Origin: a virus
Length of the DNA stretch: 64,000 nt
Strand: one strand, 5' to 3'
IMG/VR virus record: IMGVR_UViG_3300048573_000442
Under the pieces are notes generated by a model. It ran no database searches. It had not been told where the DNA came from and worked only from the letters and a program-made list of their open reading frames with translations. How positions within the stretch are numbered: position 1 is the stretch's first letter; every line of letters begins with the position of its first letter. Shown piece by piece: positions 30,214-39,038 of the stretch. The position numbers and the translations under genes are program-made.

Positions 30214-30500
30214 TTTGTAGAAGTAAAAAGTAATTTAAAACGTTTAAACAGACTAGGTTCAAAGTAAATTGCCTCGGGGCCACATTTGCCATGCAGTCGT
30301 CGGCAAGTATAAGGATTGCGCCGTTCTTTATTCAACCCGTAAAAATCGCTGTACTTTTTGCCAGTCACCAAATCAATATTATGGTATGTATCATCCCCGA
30401 AACCTGCTTCACAAATCCTATGGGCCGAAAGACCGACACCAACAACCCCAAGATGCTTGCAGTCTTTGCAGAATTTTAAATCAGAAGGTGGTTTGTTCAT
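30210..30500 (-). CDS. Cys-rich small protein, paralog copy 2
   Basis: Same length (96 aa) and identical C-terminus LFKRFKLLFTSTK as copy 1. Confidence 0.7.
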   Translation of the reverse strand: MNKPPSDLKFCKDCKHLGVVGVGLSAHRICEAGFGDDTYHNIDLVTGKKYSDFYGLNKERRNPYTCRRLHGKCGPEAIYFEPSLFKRFKLLFTSTK

Positions 30501-30502
30501 GG

Positions 30503-30730
30503 CTAGATTGTACTTTGTTTCTTCGGAGAAATGTCAAACTTTGCCATGATACCTTCGGCGGCATCATCGAAGTCATCTTCAGAGATGCCGAGATTTGGCC
30601 CAGGGTAGTAGTCAGTACTTATGTCTTTCATATAGACCTTGAGCGCTGCGATGATAGCCTCACGTACTTCAAAGTATTCTTTTGAGATTTCGGAATATTC
30701 GCTATCTGGGTGGTGCCATTTTGCCATCAA
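30503..30730 (-). CDS. Hypothetical protein
   Basis: 75-aa ORF in a coupled gene run. Confidence 0.5.
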   Translation of the reverse strand: MMAKWHHPDSEYSEISKEYFEVREAIIAALKVYMKDISTDYYPGPNLGISEDDFDDAAEGIMAKFDISPKKQSTI

Positions 30731-30960
30731 AATTCTACCTTCAAGACCGTGGTAAACTTAGGAAAGACTTGCTTAGTGACCTCAAAGAATTTTACATCCT
30801 GATACCGCTCGTACTCTGCCAACTCTTCGGCGGTTTCAACAATCTCATGCATTTTGCAGTCTATCATGATGTAGTATCCTTCTTTATATGGAGCAAGCTC
30901 CTTCACGGTTTGGGTCCAAGTCACAAGAAACATTATAAATTCTCCTATCAAAACTATCAA
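30727..30960 (-). CDS. Hypothetical protein
   Basis: 77-aa ORF (start may be the internal Met) in a coupled run. Confidence 0.45.
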   Translation of the reverse strand: MIVLIGEFIMFLVTWTQTVKELAPYKEGYYIMIDCKMHEIVETAEELAEYERYQDVKFFEVTKQVFPKFTTVLKVEF

Positions 30961-31493
30961 ATACCGCGATTCTTAAAAATTTGATTGATTTCTTCGAATG
31001 GCATTGGCGTAAAATTAATCTTCTCGACCGATGCGCAAAAATACTTTGGGTCTTCCTGATCCCCTGCTATGACCGAGCCATAGTGAAGATGCCCATGAAT
31101 GTTTGCTCGCCACCGAGTCAGGCTACCAGGATGGACCGGAATATGAGTCAAGACTATGTTGTCCAATCGGTGACTACCACGAACATCTTTGAAGAATTGT
31201 TTGTAGAAATCAAGGCTTTCCATATCATGGTTCCCCTTGATAAGAACCTTGGTTCCGTTCAGTCGATGCATGATTGCCGCATTCTTTTTGTCCTTGGGCA
31301 TGATCACATCACCGAGATGATAGACTTTATCTGATGGGGCAACGACTTTGTTCCAATTCTCAACCATTGCCTCATCACATTCTTCTACCGTTGCAAATGG
31401 GCGCAGTGGGGTTCCGTCATCACGCTTGAACGTCTCGGTCGCTGCCTTATGGCCCCAGTGAGTATCAGAAATAATAAAAATATTTGGCATCAT
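30957..31493 (-). CDS. Calcineurin-like metallophosphoesterase
   Basis: ISDTHWGH, HLGD, GNHD, LTHIP and NIHGHLH. Confidence 0.9.
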   Translation of the reverse strand: MMPNIFIISDTHWGHKAATETFKRDDGTPLRPFATVEECDEAMVENWNKVVAPSDKVYHLGDVIMPKDKKNAAIMHRLNGTKVLIKGNHDMESLDFYKQFFKDVRGSHRLDNIVLTHIPVHPGSLTRWRANIHGHLHYGSVIAGDQEDPKYFCASVEKINFTPMPFEEINQIFKNRGI

Positions 31494-31954
31494 GGATAAT
31501 GGTGGAAATTACAGACCGAATTATACATTGCTTTTTCGATGATATCAAGGATAATTTTCTCGTTACCGCCACCCAGACCAGCACCGATCAGGTATGGAAC
31601 ATGGATTTCCAGGTTTAGGCGATTTGCAAAGTGAGCCGCAATATAGAAAACATCTTCGATTGCATCATAGTCCACGTAACGCTGACCATCATTTCCGTAG
31701 TACCGCTGGGTGATTCCACTGAAGATCCACAGAGAATCACTGATCTTCGTTTTTGCAACCAGACCCAAGGCAACCGAACCAGAAACATCAATTGAATCTT
31801 CAATGACTGCTACATAGTCATCAAAAATTTGCGGGTACTTATTCCGAAGTTGTTTGGCAACTCCGCCGCCCATGACTTTCTGAGCATTGCATCCGTGAAC
31901 AACAATCCCAGAGGAAACCTTACATATATCACTATGGTATAGATGATTGATCAC
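31490..31954 (-). CDS. Macro domain (ADP-ribose / Appr-1-p processing) protein
   Basis: VVHGCNAQKVMGGGVAKQLR.KYP and IGAGLGGG. Confidence 0.88.
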   Translation of the reverse strand: MINHLYHSDICKVSSGIVVHGCNAQKVMGGGVAKQLRNKYPQIFDDYVAVIEDSIDVSGSVALGLVAKTKISDSLWIFSGITQRYYGNDGQRYVDYDAIEDVFYIAAHFANRLNLEIHVPYLIGAGLGGGNEKIILDIIEKAMYNSVCNFHHYP

Positions 31955-31955
31955 T

Positions 31956-32117
31956 TTAGTTTTCCTCTACTACTTTAAAATAGGTATCGGTCCAGGCGCT
32001 GTCTTCCTCAAGGCGATCTGCCTCATCGTTGGCTTCTTGCTCAGTTTCGAATTCTGCAACCACATGAGACCACTCATCATCATAGACCCTGACGACATAC
32101 ATCACAAAATATTTCAT
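31956..32117 (-). CDS. 53-aa acidic protein missed by the ORF track
   Basis: MKYFVMYVVRVYDDEWSHVVAEFETEQEANDEADRLEEDSAWTDTYFKVVEEN; fills the gap exactly with ATGA overlap. Confidence 0.6.
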   Translation of the reverse strand: MKYFVMYVVRVYDDEWSHVVAEFETEQEANDEADRLEEDSAWTDTYFKVVEEN

Positions 32118-32365
32118 GGTTTCTCCGATTGGGATTCAATCAATTTGACAAATCTCTCAAGATCGCAAAGTGATTTGTAGGCATCAAGGGAATAGTCCTT
32201 TGGTACAGAAAACTCAGGTAGGTAAGAATATGGATCTTTTGGAAATACCATGAACACTCCATCTCGAATTTTCAAGACGAACCCGATTCGATTTGCAGTC
32301 GCTCTTTCCAGAACCAAAAAGAGATTTGTATCAAATGCCTTGCGGCAGGTTTCGTCGATAGTCAT
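32114..32365 (-). CDS. Hypothetical protein
   Basis: 83-aa ORF in a coupled run. Confidence 0.5.
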   Translation of the reverse strand: MTIDETCRKAFDTNLFLVLERATANRIGFVLKIRDGVFMVFPKDPYSYLPEFSVPKDYSLDAYKSLCDLERFVKLIESQSEKP

Positions 32366-32374
32366 ATAGTGTAG

Positions 32375-32485
32375 TTAAAGTAAAAATGGTAAGACCACTA
32401 ATCCAGCAACTATTGCCAGCGCCAAAATATAGATCAGTAACAGCTGAATTGATTCATAAGCAGTAAGTTCTCGTCCGTCTTCCAT
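32375..32485 (-). CDS. 36-aa single-pass membrane peptide
   Basis: MEDGRELTAYESIQLLLIYILALAIVAGLVVLPFLL; GAGGA RBS upstream. Confidence 0.55.
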   Translation of the reverse strand: MEDGRELTAYESIQLLLIYILALAIVAGLVVLPFLL

Positions 32486-32499
32486 TATAATCCTCACGT

Positions 32500-32631
32500 T
32501 TAAAAAGCTTCATGCTTATTTTTATTTTCCCGTTTTCGATTTTTATGTGGCCCAGCACCGCTTTTCTTCATGACGAGCGGAACCAAATAATTCCGTTTTT
32601 TCAGCTTGGCCTTCTTTCTTTGCGTGGTCAT
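32500..32631 (-). CDS. 43-aa very basic protein
   Basis: MTTQRKKAKLKKRNYLVPLVMKKSGAGPHKNRKRENKNKHEAF; CAGGA RBS; first gene after a sigma70-like promoter. Confidence 0.6.
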   Translation of the reverse strand: MTTQRKKAKLKKRNYLVPLVMKKSGAGPHKNRKRENKNKHEAF

Positions 32632-32664
32632 TTTACTTAATCCTGTAAATGTTTACTTTTTATT

Positions 32665-32693
32665 ATTGTAACTTGTTTTTTGAAAAAGTACAC
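32665..32693 (-). promoter_or_regulatory. Early sigma70-like promoter GTGTAC-N17-TACAAT
   Basis: Intergenic; resembles TTGTAC-N18-TAGAAT at 62901-62930. Confidence 0.55.
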
Positions 32694-32710
32694 TGTCAAG
32701 AACGCAAAGT

Positions 32711-32738
32711 AAAACTGGGACCAAAGGGTCCCAGTTTT
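32711..32738. terminator. Rho-independent terminator (symmetric, potentially bidirectional)
   Basis: AAAACTGGGACC-AAAG-GGTCCCAGTTTT perfect hairpin with A/T tails, just after the 32758 stop. Confidence 0.8.
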
Positions 32739-32757
32739 CTATTAGCTTATGTAAAAC

Positions 32758-33204
32758 TTATGCGAAGTTTTTAGTAGATTTGTCTAGTGTTGCCTCGCTA
32801 GGGTTGACGAAGTCAACTCCAATCATTTTGTCAGTACCATAAGCTGGAACATCACCGAGGCTGCCAGTATTTGCTCGTGCACCCTTAGGACGCTTGACCT
32901 TAACGTTGTTGCTATGGAAAAATTCAAGAGCATTCAGACCGTTTGAAAGTTTGCTCTGTGACATTAGCTCCCAAAGTTCATACTTGTCTGCATGCTGTGA
33001 AGTAATAATCTTTTTAATCCGGCCTTTATCTACAAGATGCAGAGAATCAATTTCAATGTAATAAACGGTACCGTCTTTAAACTTTTTTACGAGCGCGATT
33101 TCCTTTAGTAGGCCAGAGTCGTCAATATCACAAAGGAAGATATGCGGTAGGCTGGTAGGGCGAAGTTCGATTTTGTCTTTTGCTGCCATTTTTATGGTCT
33201 CCAA
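32758..33204 (-). CDS. Conserved jumbo-phage hypothetical protein (late)
   Basis: 148-aa ORF with GGAG RBS, preceded by TATAAATA. Confidence 0.55.
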   Translation of the reverse strand: METIKMAAKDKIELRPTSLPHIFLCDIDDSGLLKEIALVKKFKDGTVYYIEIDSLHLVDKGRIKKIITSQHADKYELWELMSQSKLSNGLNALEFFHSNNVKVKRPKGARANTGSLGDVPAYGTDKMIGVDFVNPSEATLDKSTKNFA

Positions 33205-33271
33205 ATATATTGAGGATAACGTGCATACGTTTTAATAAAACCTCTTGTTACGCATGAATTATGCGCAATCT

Positions 33272-33279
33272 TATTTATA
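33272..33279 (-). promoter_or_regulatory. Late promoter TATAAATA
   Basis: Exact T4 late consensus in an intergenic gap. Confidence 0.7.
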
Positions 33280-33300
33280 GTTTTAAAACAGCAGCATTTT

Positions 33301-34308
33301 TCAAAATTCTAATAATGCCATTGGATCTTTCTTAGAAGACTTTTTGGTTTCTACCAGCTTTTCAGCCTTCTTGCCTGTTGCGCTAAACATGTCTACGAAA
33401 GCGGTAGAATTTTCTGAAATTCGAGTTAGTCCAAACTTCCCGCAGAATTTCTGGAAATGAAAAAACGAAAACTTCCCGCAATTTTCCGTTTCAAAATCCA
33501 GAGTATGTTTAATTGCGTCCTTAACGAATTCTGGCTGCTGTTCCAAATTCATGAGCAGCATATTTTCATTATACAAGTCCCCGACCCTGAAGGTTTTTGT
33601 TTCCGATGTTTCTGGGTCGGTTACGCTCCAGGTTTCATTCAACAGATTTGAAAGTTCATACTCATCAGTATATGCTTTTAGAAGACGTTTCTTTTGAACC
33701 CGTGGATAAGCTGGGAATACATTATCGCCTTTATCACCGCGAAATGCTTTTTCAAACATGAAAAATTTTGCATCATCAACTCCGCATACTTCTTCTACCG
33801 TTCGTTCTTTACCCTTGTCAGGGTTAATCAATGTGAATTTTTCATGCTTTAGGAACTGAACGAAGTCTTTATCTCCTGACAGCCCAATGACTTCATCCCC
33901 CATTGCTACATGCTTTGAAATATACCCGCCGAACAAATCATCGCCTTCTAGAATTGGGTTTGACAGGCAAATCATAGAGGTGTGATTTCGAACCAAATCT
34001 TCAAACGCAGCCATGAGCTCGAAATACGCGTCCATTGATGCATCTTTGACACGATTGCCTTTATACAATTTTCCAGAAATGCATTCGCTAGATTTGGTGT
34101 AATTTTTTCGCCAATTATTTCGGCCTTCAAATGTCAGTGCTAATTTATCAGGCTTATACTTCTTATAGTACTTGTTAATTGACTGTAATGACATATGCAT
34201 TGCTAATCCAGCCTGATCCTCTGGCGTACCAGAGTTATTGTATTTGCCATTGGCTGCAGCAACGCGGAATAAAATGTTTGCTGTATCGATAATAAGATGT
34301 TTTGCCAT
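33301..34308 (-). CDS. rnh: RNase H / 5'-3' flap exonuclease (T4 rnh-like)
   Basis: IIDT.N, FEG..NWRK, YKGNR, EGDDL, SGDKDF.Q and GDKGDNV. Confidence 0.9.
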   Translation of the reverse strand: MAKHLIIDTANILFRVAAANGKYNNSGTPEDQAGLAMHMSLQSINKYYKKYKPDKLALTFEGRNNWRKNYTKSSECISGKLYKGNRVKDASMDAYFELMAAFEDLVRNHTSMICLSNPILEGDDLFGGYISKHVAMGDEVIGLSGDKDFVQFLKHEKFTLINPDKGKERTVEEVCGVDDAKFFMFEKAFRGDKGDNVFPAYPRVQKKRLLKAYTDEYELSNLLNETWSVTDPETSETKTFRVGDLYNENMLLMNLEQQPEFVKDAIKHTLDFETENCGKFSFFHFQKFCGKFGLTRISENSTAFVDMFSATGKKAEKLVETKKSSKKDPMALLEF

Positions 34309-34363
34309 TTGTTATTTTGCGTATTAAGCTTTAAAACTTCTTCGTTGACAATATTGTCAGGCG

Positions 34364-34684
34364 TTAAGACACAAACGAGTTCGCGTCACTTGACAGATTG
34401 GGCGTTGCTTCTGGGTTGACGACATCACTGATTTCTTCAGAAACCGCGTTCGCGACCTGTGAAGCCATATACAAGAAAAACAGCTGCATTGTTTCTTGGT
34501 CGTTCTGGCCTTGAATGCCCACTTTCGCCAGGTCTTTGATAAAGGCATCATTCCAATACATTCCAATGGGGACGCCCTTTGTTCCGTCTTCAGAAACAAT
34601 GCCGCAAGTTTCAAAACACGCCCAGGGAGTTTTTGATTTTGAACTCAAAAGCTCCTTTGCTGAAATAAGTTTACTCTTTTTCAT
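34364..34684 (-). CDS. Conserved T4-superfamily hypothetical protein
   Basis: PW....., YWNDAFI..L..G pattern. Confidence 0.5.
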   Translation of the reverse strand: MKKSKLISAKELLSSKSKTPWACFETCGIVSEDGTKGVPIGMYWNDAFIKDLAKVGIQGQNDQETMQLFFLYMASQVANAVSEEISDVVNPEATPNLSSDANSFVS

Positions 34685-35040
34685 TTTGTACGATCTGCAA
34701 CTGATAAAGTGTTATTGATCACCCGTTTCAAATCATCAGAGATTTCCGAAATTAGCAATTCCCTAATTAGCTGTTCAAAGATTGTCTCACACACTGTATC
34801 AACTAACGAGTTTTGATCATCTCGATAATACTGAATCGCCTCTTTAGTAAGGGAAATTGCTACATGGCCTGCTCGTGCAGGACGTGATGCTAAGACCTTA
34901 ATGCCGAACGTTTCGGGATCTGTTTCAAATGCAATCTCGATTTTCCATTTTTTTAAATCCTCCTGCATCTCTGAAACAGTCTTCTGAAGACGCTTCGACA
35001 AAGTGATAGCTTCCATGTGGGTTAAATTTTCTGCTGACAT
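34681..35040 (-). CDS. Hypothetical protein
   Basis: 119-aa ORF coupled to neighbours. Confidence 0.5.
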   Translation of the reverse strand: MSAENLTHMEAITLSKRLQKTVSEMQEDLKKWKIEIAFETDPETFGIKVLASRPARAGHVAISLTKEAIQYYRDDQNSLVDTVCETIFEQLIRELLISEISDDLKRVINNTLSVADRTK

Positions 35041-35774
35041 TATTCTTCCTCGCTTTCATTAATTTGTGGTAGCAAAATTGCCGTGTGACCAGAAATGTTC
35101 ATAGACAGGGTTTCTTTTTGGCCGATCTGCATAACTACGTTGTTCGTCTGAGATGAAATTTCCCGAACAAGCTGACAGAACACATCAGCAGCATAGTTAC
35201 TAGCCCCGGATTCTTCTGATGCCATACATTCTGCAGGCTTATCAATCCCGATGGTAAATTGGTCATTGGTTGCATCAGTAACTACCACGCTGACGACTGA
35301 ATCGTTGATAACGATGGAAACTTGCTTGCTTCCCATGACTTTTACTGCATCTAGCACCATTTTACACTCATCTTTAGTCAGCATAATTTTAAATGCGGGA
35401 TTTGCCGCATCCGGCACATTTTTAGGGCATTCAGCTGCAAGCATGCTTGCAGATTGGCAGCGATAGGATGCTTTATTTTTACCTGACTGTAAGTCAAGAG
35501 AGGCAATTTCAGAACGTCGAGATTCTTTAGCAGTTACCTGAATCTTTGACTTATCCCCGAACACATTAATACGAGAAGTCAAATCTTTGATTCGCCCGAA
35601 CCCAATCGGTTGATCAAATTTGGGGATATTTGTTTCCGAACGCAGGAAGCAGGTTTTCGACGGGTTAAGCGCTCGAGCAACGCCTTCGATAATTACTAGG
35701 CTTTCCATGCCGCAAATCGTCGCGGTTGACATAATGGATAGGAGGTTGTTGAGGTCGTTTTGTGAGAGTTGCAT
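35040..35774 (-). CDS. gp45: Sliding clamp (T4 gp45-like), probable
   Basis: 244 aa; MQLSQNDLNNLLSI start and alternating beta/alpha pattern; lies immediately downstream of the DNA polymerase. Confidence 0.6.
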   Translation of the reverse strand: MQLSQNDLNNLLSIMSTATICGMESLVIIEGVARALNPSKTCFLRSETNIPKFDQPIGFGRIKDLTSRINVFGDKSKIQVTAKESRRSEIASLDLQSGKNKASYRCQSASMLAAECPKNVPDAANPAFKIMLTKDECKMVLDAVKVMGSKQVSIVINDSVVSVVVTDATNDQFTIGIDKPAECMASEESGASNYAADVFCQLVREISSQTNNVVMQIGQKETLSMNISGHTAILLPQINESEEE

Positions 35775-35776
35775 AT

Positions 35777-36835
35777 TTAAAATTCTAATAAACTATTGGT
35801 TAAAACTGATTGGTGGGTGGGAACTTCTTTTTGGTAAGCAGCAGTAAAAATACTCTCTAATTTGCTATCAAACATTTTATCTTCGGTCGTCTTAATGTCC
35901 ACTTTAAAGTGTTCTGAAAACCATTCCGGGAATTTTGTCATTTCGGCAGGGAAAGCAAGAGCCTTAAAATTAAACTGATTTTGGCGGAGGTAGAAGATAA
36001 AAACCTTATCCCCTGCATAAATCCGTTTTAGGCCGGGATCATGCTCCGCAATAAACGCATTGTAATTGCATGATGCCCTCGCATGACCGGGAATTGTTAA
36101 CTTTTTGCCATTAGCAGCTTTAAAGGTTCCAGGTGCAAGGTATTCCGCCATATATTTATCTAGATTATTGACCTGTTTTGCAACACCTAGAGAAAATACA
36201 TTTAGCTTCTTAAGAACATGAATGCGTTGGGAATTTACAAAGGTCGCTAATTCTTCGTATGATTGCCCGTCCAAAATCTTGTCTACGACAGACTTTAGGA
36301 AAACCTGAATGACTTTTGGGGTATCTGCCTTTTTGATTTCAGAACCCATTGTCTTAAGCTTGTTGACTTTTTTGCCTTCTAGGTCAACAATCTTAACCAC
36401 GTATTTCTTTTTAGCTTGGAACAAGCCGCGAGAAGCAACAATCTCCCTATTAGCGGCAATGAACCCATCAAATTCATTAGTTGCCAAAAACGCATCCTGC
36501 ATAAATGGCTTAAACGTATCGTTGAGGCTTTCAACTACTGTGTCAGCAATTTCTACTGCTTCCTGTTCATTGGATGCCAGGGTTTTGAAATAAACTGAAT
36601 CGGTATCACCATATATGATTACTGGAGACGCACTTGAATACGAATTTGCAAACCTCTCTTCTTCCTCATCATAAACAGAACGCTTTTGCAGTTTAGTTTT
36701 TTCACCAGTCAACAAGAAAGCAACTGTTTCCATCATATGAGTGGAAATTTGTCGACCTGTTGCAGTAGTTGATGCACCAAGACGTTCATCGCCGAATCTG
36801 AAGTTTTTATTTAGCAGTGCCCCGTAGAGCGAATT
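35777..36835 (-). CDS. gp43: Family B DNA polymerase, polymerase subunit exon 2
   Basis: The frame extends upstream of the ORF-track start to AAT at 36835 (NSLYGALLNKNFRFGDERLGASTTATGRQ). It contains motif C YGDTDS and KKKY. Confidence 0.92.
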   Translation of the reverse strand, partial: NSLYGALLNKNFRFGDERLGASTTATGRQISTHMMETVAFLLTGEKTKLQKRSVYDEEEERFANSYSSASPVIIYGDTDSVYFKTLASNEQEAVEIADTVVESLNDTFKPFMQDAFLATNEFDGFIAANREIVASRGLFQAKKKYVVKIVDLEGKKVNKLKTMGSEIKKADTPKVIQVFLKSVVDKILDGQSYEELATFVNSQRIHVLKKLNVFSLGVAKQVNNLDKYMAEYLAPGTFKAANGKKLTIPGHARASCNYNAFIAEHDPGLKRIYAGDKVFIFYLRQNQFNFKALAFPAEMTKFPEWFSEHFKVDIKTTEDKMFDSKLESIFTAAYQKEVPTHQSVLTNSLLEF

Positions 36836-37081
36836 CCTTTGTGTTACGGTAAAGCCGCTTCCGCTTTACCTCTTTATGTTACCATAAAGAGCAGACTATA
36901 TCATCATCTCTTACGAGATGCCAGGCGCTTCGAACCCGCTTGGGTCCTACGAGATTTCTCTCTAGTCGTTGCACCTTCATCAAATTATTTGATGCTTGGC
37001 TCAGTATTGCCCATCCCGGGTATCCACTGAGTTCACCTGGTTTTTCGACAGCCGTCACCGACTGAAGGCTCCATTCATTTA
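36836..37081 (-). ncRNA. Group I self-splicing intron (IA-type, 246 nt, no homing endonuclease ORF)
   Basis: 5' exon ends in U, intron starts UAA and ends in G. P3 CCAGGUG/CGCCUGG, P4 CUCAGU/ACUGAG, P7 GACUA/UAGUC, P8 CAUCUC-GUAA-GAGAUG, P9 CUCUUUAUG-GUAA-CAUAAAGAG. Splicing restores KKISL|NSLYG. Confidence 0.93.
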
Positions 37082-37966
37082 AAGCGAAATTTTCTTGGTC
37101 AATTGTAACATATCGAAATGAAATTCGTTATGTACAGCTTCTGCCAATTTTTGATATTCTTCTCTAGTATATAAGCGACCATCTTCTACGACAAGGTCAC
37201 CTGATTCAATCCGTTTCTTCTCTTCTTTAGATAGTGTTTGATCATGCCCAGTGGTTGTTTTTAACTCGGCCGCAATTTTCCCCCACTTTTTGGTTTCTGC
37301 CTGTAGCCGCTTCCGTTCAGAATACCAAAATCCGAGAATATCCGCAACAACGCCCCGTCCTTTAGATTGGTCAAAAACTGTTCCATATGCGGAAACTGCC
37401 CATTTATTTTCACGAAGATATTGGTTCCATTCCTTTGCGGTTTTAAATTCTGTAACACCAGATTCAAAGGTAAATCCAAGACGTTCTTGCGTCTCGTGAA
37501 ACACTGCGAACCATGCCGATTCAAACGTATCAAATTGGCCAACGATCATTTCTGGCGACCCATTCAATGATCGAAGGGTATTGGGATACAAAGACTTTAA
37601 ATCAATTGCACCAACCCATTCGTGTAATCCTATTTTAGGATCCAAAACGATGGCACCCTCAACCATGTCATTTTCTTTAATAGCCTTATCATGTACTACG
37701 CGCTTTAATACATTGTGCGCGTGATTAATAATTCCGGTTTCAACATAGGCTACTGTGCCAAGTACAGCAGAAAATCCTACAGTGTTTTCATGGGCCATTT
37801 GATTGGCCAAAGCGAGAAAATTAAACTTTGCATCAAGTTGCACAATGCCATCAACATCACGAAAGTTGTAAACGCAAAACCGTGCAAAACTTTCCCGTTT
37901 AATTTCTGCTTCAAGTTTGGATTCAAGCTCCTTCAATTCTTCGTATGTCAGATCATCTAAATTCAT
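37082..37966 (-). CDS. gp43: Family B DNA polymerase, polymerase subunit exon 1 (ExoIII + motif A + fingers)
   Basis: YNFRDV (ExoIII), EGAIV, DLKSLYP (motif A); ends QLTKKISL at the intron. Confidence 0.92.
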
Positions 37967-39036
37967 AGACTCCCCAGTTTGTGTTTAACTCTGGCCAATA
38001 ACTGTTGTTTTTTCTCAAGCGAATCAATTTCCCCAAGTACTTCATTATTCAATGGGGGAACATAAGTTCCCTTATACAGTTGTTCGAGAGTGCCGTCGAA
38101 ATCAATCTTGCCAATTCCAACTTCTTCCTGAAGAATATTGCCCAGTGAATAAGACACTCGACCTTCAAATGTAAACTTCTGAAATAGGCGCAAATAGTCA
38201 AGGTGCGATTTACCGGTCATTTTGATAACAGGCTCTTCTGTCCCGAACTTGTTTGCCATTTCCTTTTTAGGAAGTGGGGCGCCAGGATACTCTAATTTAG
38301 CAACAAGTGATTCTCCGCCCATCAGCATTAGTCGTTCATAGATATACGGAAGATCATAGAACTCTGAGTTCCATCCGCACAAAATATCTGCTTCATTGCA
38401 TGCAGCAATCATGCGCATAATAAGAGTTGCTTCACTATCGCACAAAACAAATTCAGGCCTGATTCCGGGCCTGAGTAAACCATTCTTTATGAGGCGGTCG
38501 TATTCTACATAGAAGTCATCTACTGTACCGGTAAAATTATCAGGGGGAACTGCGTAAGTTAAAAACTTTTCTGTCCAAGACTGATAGATTGTTACTGCAT
38601 TGATAATCGCATATGCATTCGTTGGAGCAGGAAACCCGCCCTCACGGGTATAGTTGGTTTCAATGTCGATTAGCGCATAATTAACATTCGGGGCTGGAAC
38701 CCCATAGTAATTTTCCATTAGCACCCGTTTAAGTGGGGCTATATCAGTTTCAAATAGCTTTGGCAGCGCACCATCGAAGTTCTGCGGATTGCGCATGTAT
38801 TCGAGCGCAGCTTTGAATTCTGAACGAGTTGCAAACTCGGCCTTTGAAACCTTATTATCGAAGATTGTTACGAACTCCCCATCAGGGTCTTCATAATAAA
38901 AATAATATGGCGAATTGTAAACAACTCGTTTCGCGTGACCTTCGCTAGTTCGTTCGAGAACCACGACTTTGTCTTGATTAGGGCCCCGACCCCAATCAAC
39001 CCACGCGGCAACGTAATTAGATTTAGGGGAACTCAT
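37963..39036 (-). CDS. gp43: Family B DNA polymerase, separate N-terminal/3'-5' exonuclease subunit
   Basis: ExoI DIET, ExoII GWNSEFYDLPY, DYLRLFQKF and YSLGNI..EEVG.GK; ATGA overlap with the next part. Confidence 0.88.
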   Translation of the reverse strand: MSSPKSNYVAAWVDWGRGPNQDKVVVLERTSEGHAKRVVYNSPYYFYYEDPDGEFVTIFDNKVSKAEFATRSEFKAALEYMRNPQNFDGALPKLFETDIAPLKRVLMENYYGVPAPNVNYALIDIETNYTREGGFPAPTNAYAIINAVTIYQSWTEKFLTYAVPPDNFTGTVDDFYVEYDRLIKNGLLRPGIRPEFVLCDSEATLIMRMIAACNEADILCGWNSEFYDLPYIYERLMLMGGESLVAKLEYPGAPLPKKEMANKFGTEEPVIKMTGKSHLDYLRLFQKFTFEGRVSYSLGNILQEEVGIGKIDFDGTLEQLYKGTYVPPLNNEVLGEIDSLEKKQQLLARVKHKLGSL

Positions 39037-39038
39037 TT

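Noticed and set aside
35777-36736. 319-aa ORF as an independent gene starting MMETV
   Set aside because: Its frame extends to 36835 and supplies the second half of motif B; it is exon 2.
36839-37030. 63-aa + strand ORF inside the intron as a homing endonuclease
   Set aside because: It is antisense to the intron, too short, and has no HNH/GIY-YIG/LAGLIDADG motif.
37079-37081. In-frame TAA in the polymerase read as a pseudogene or as stop-codon recoding
   Set aside because: The TAA is the first triplet of the group I intron. Other long ORFs read cleanly in the standard code, so there is no sign of genome-wide recoding.
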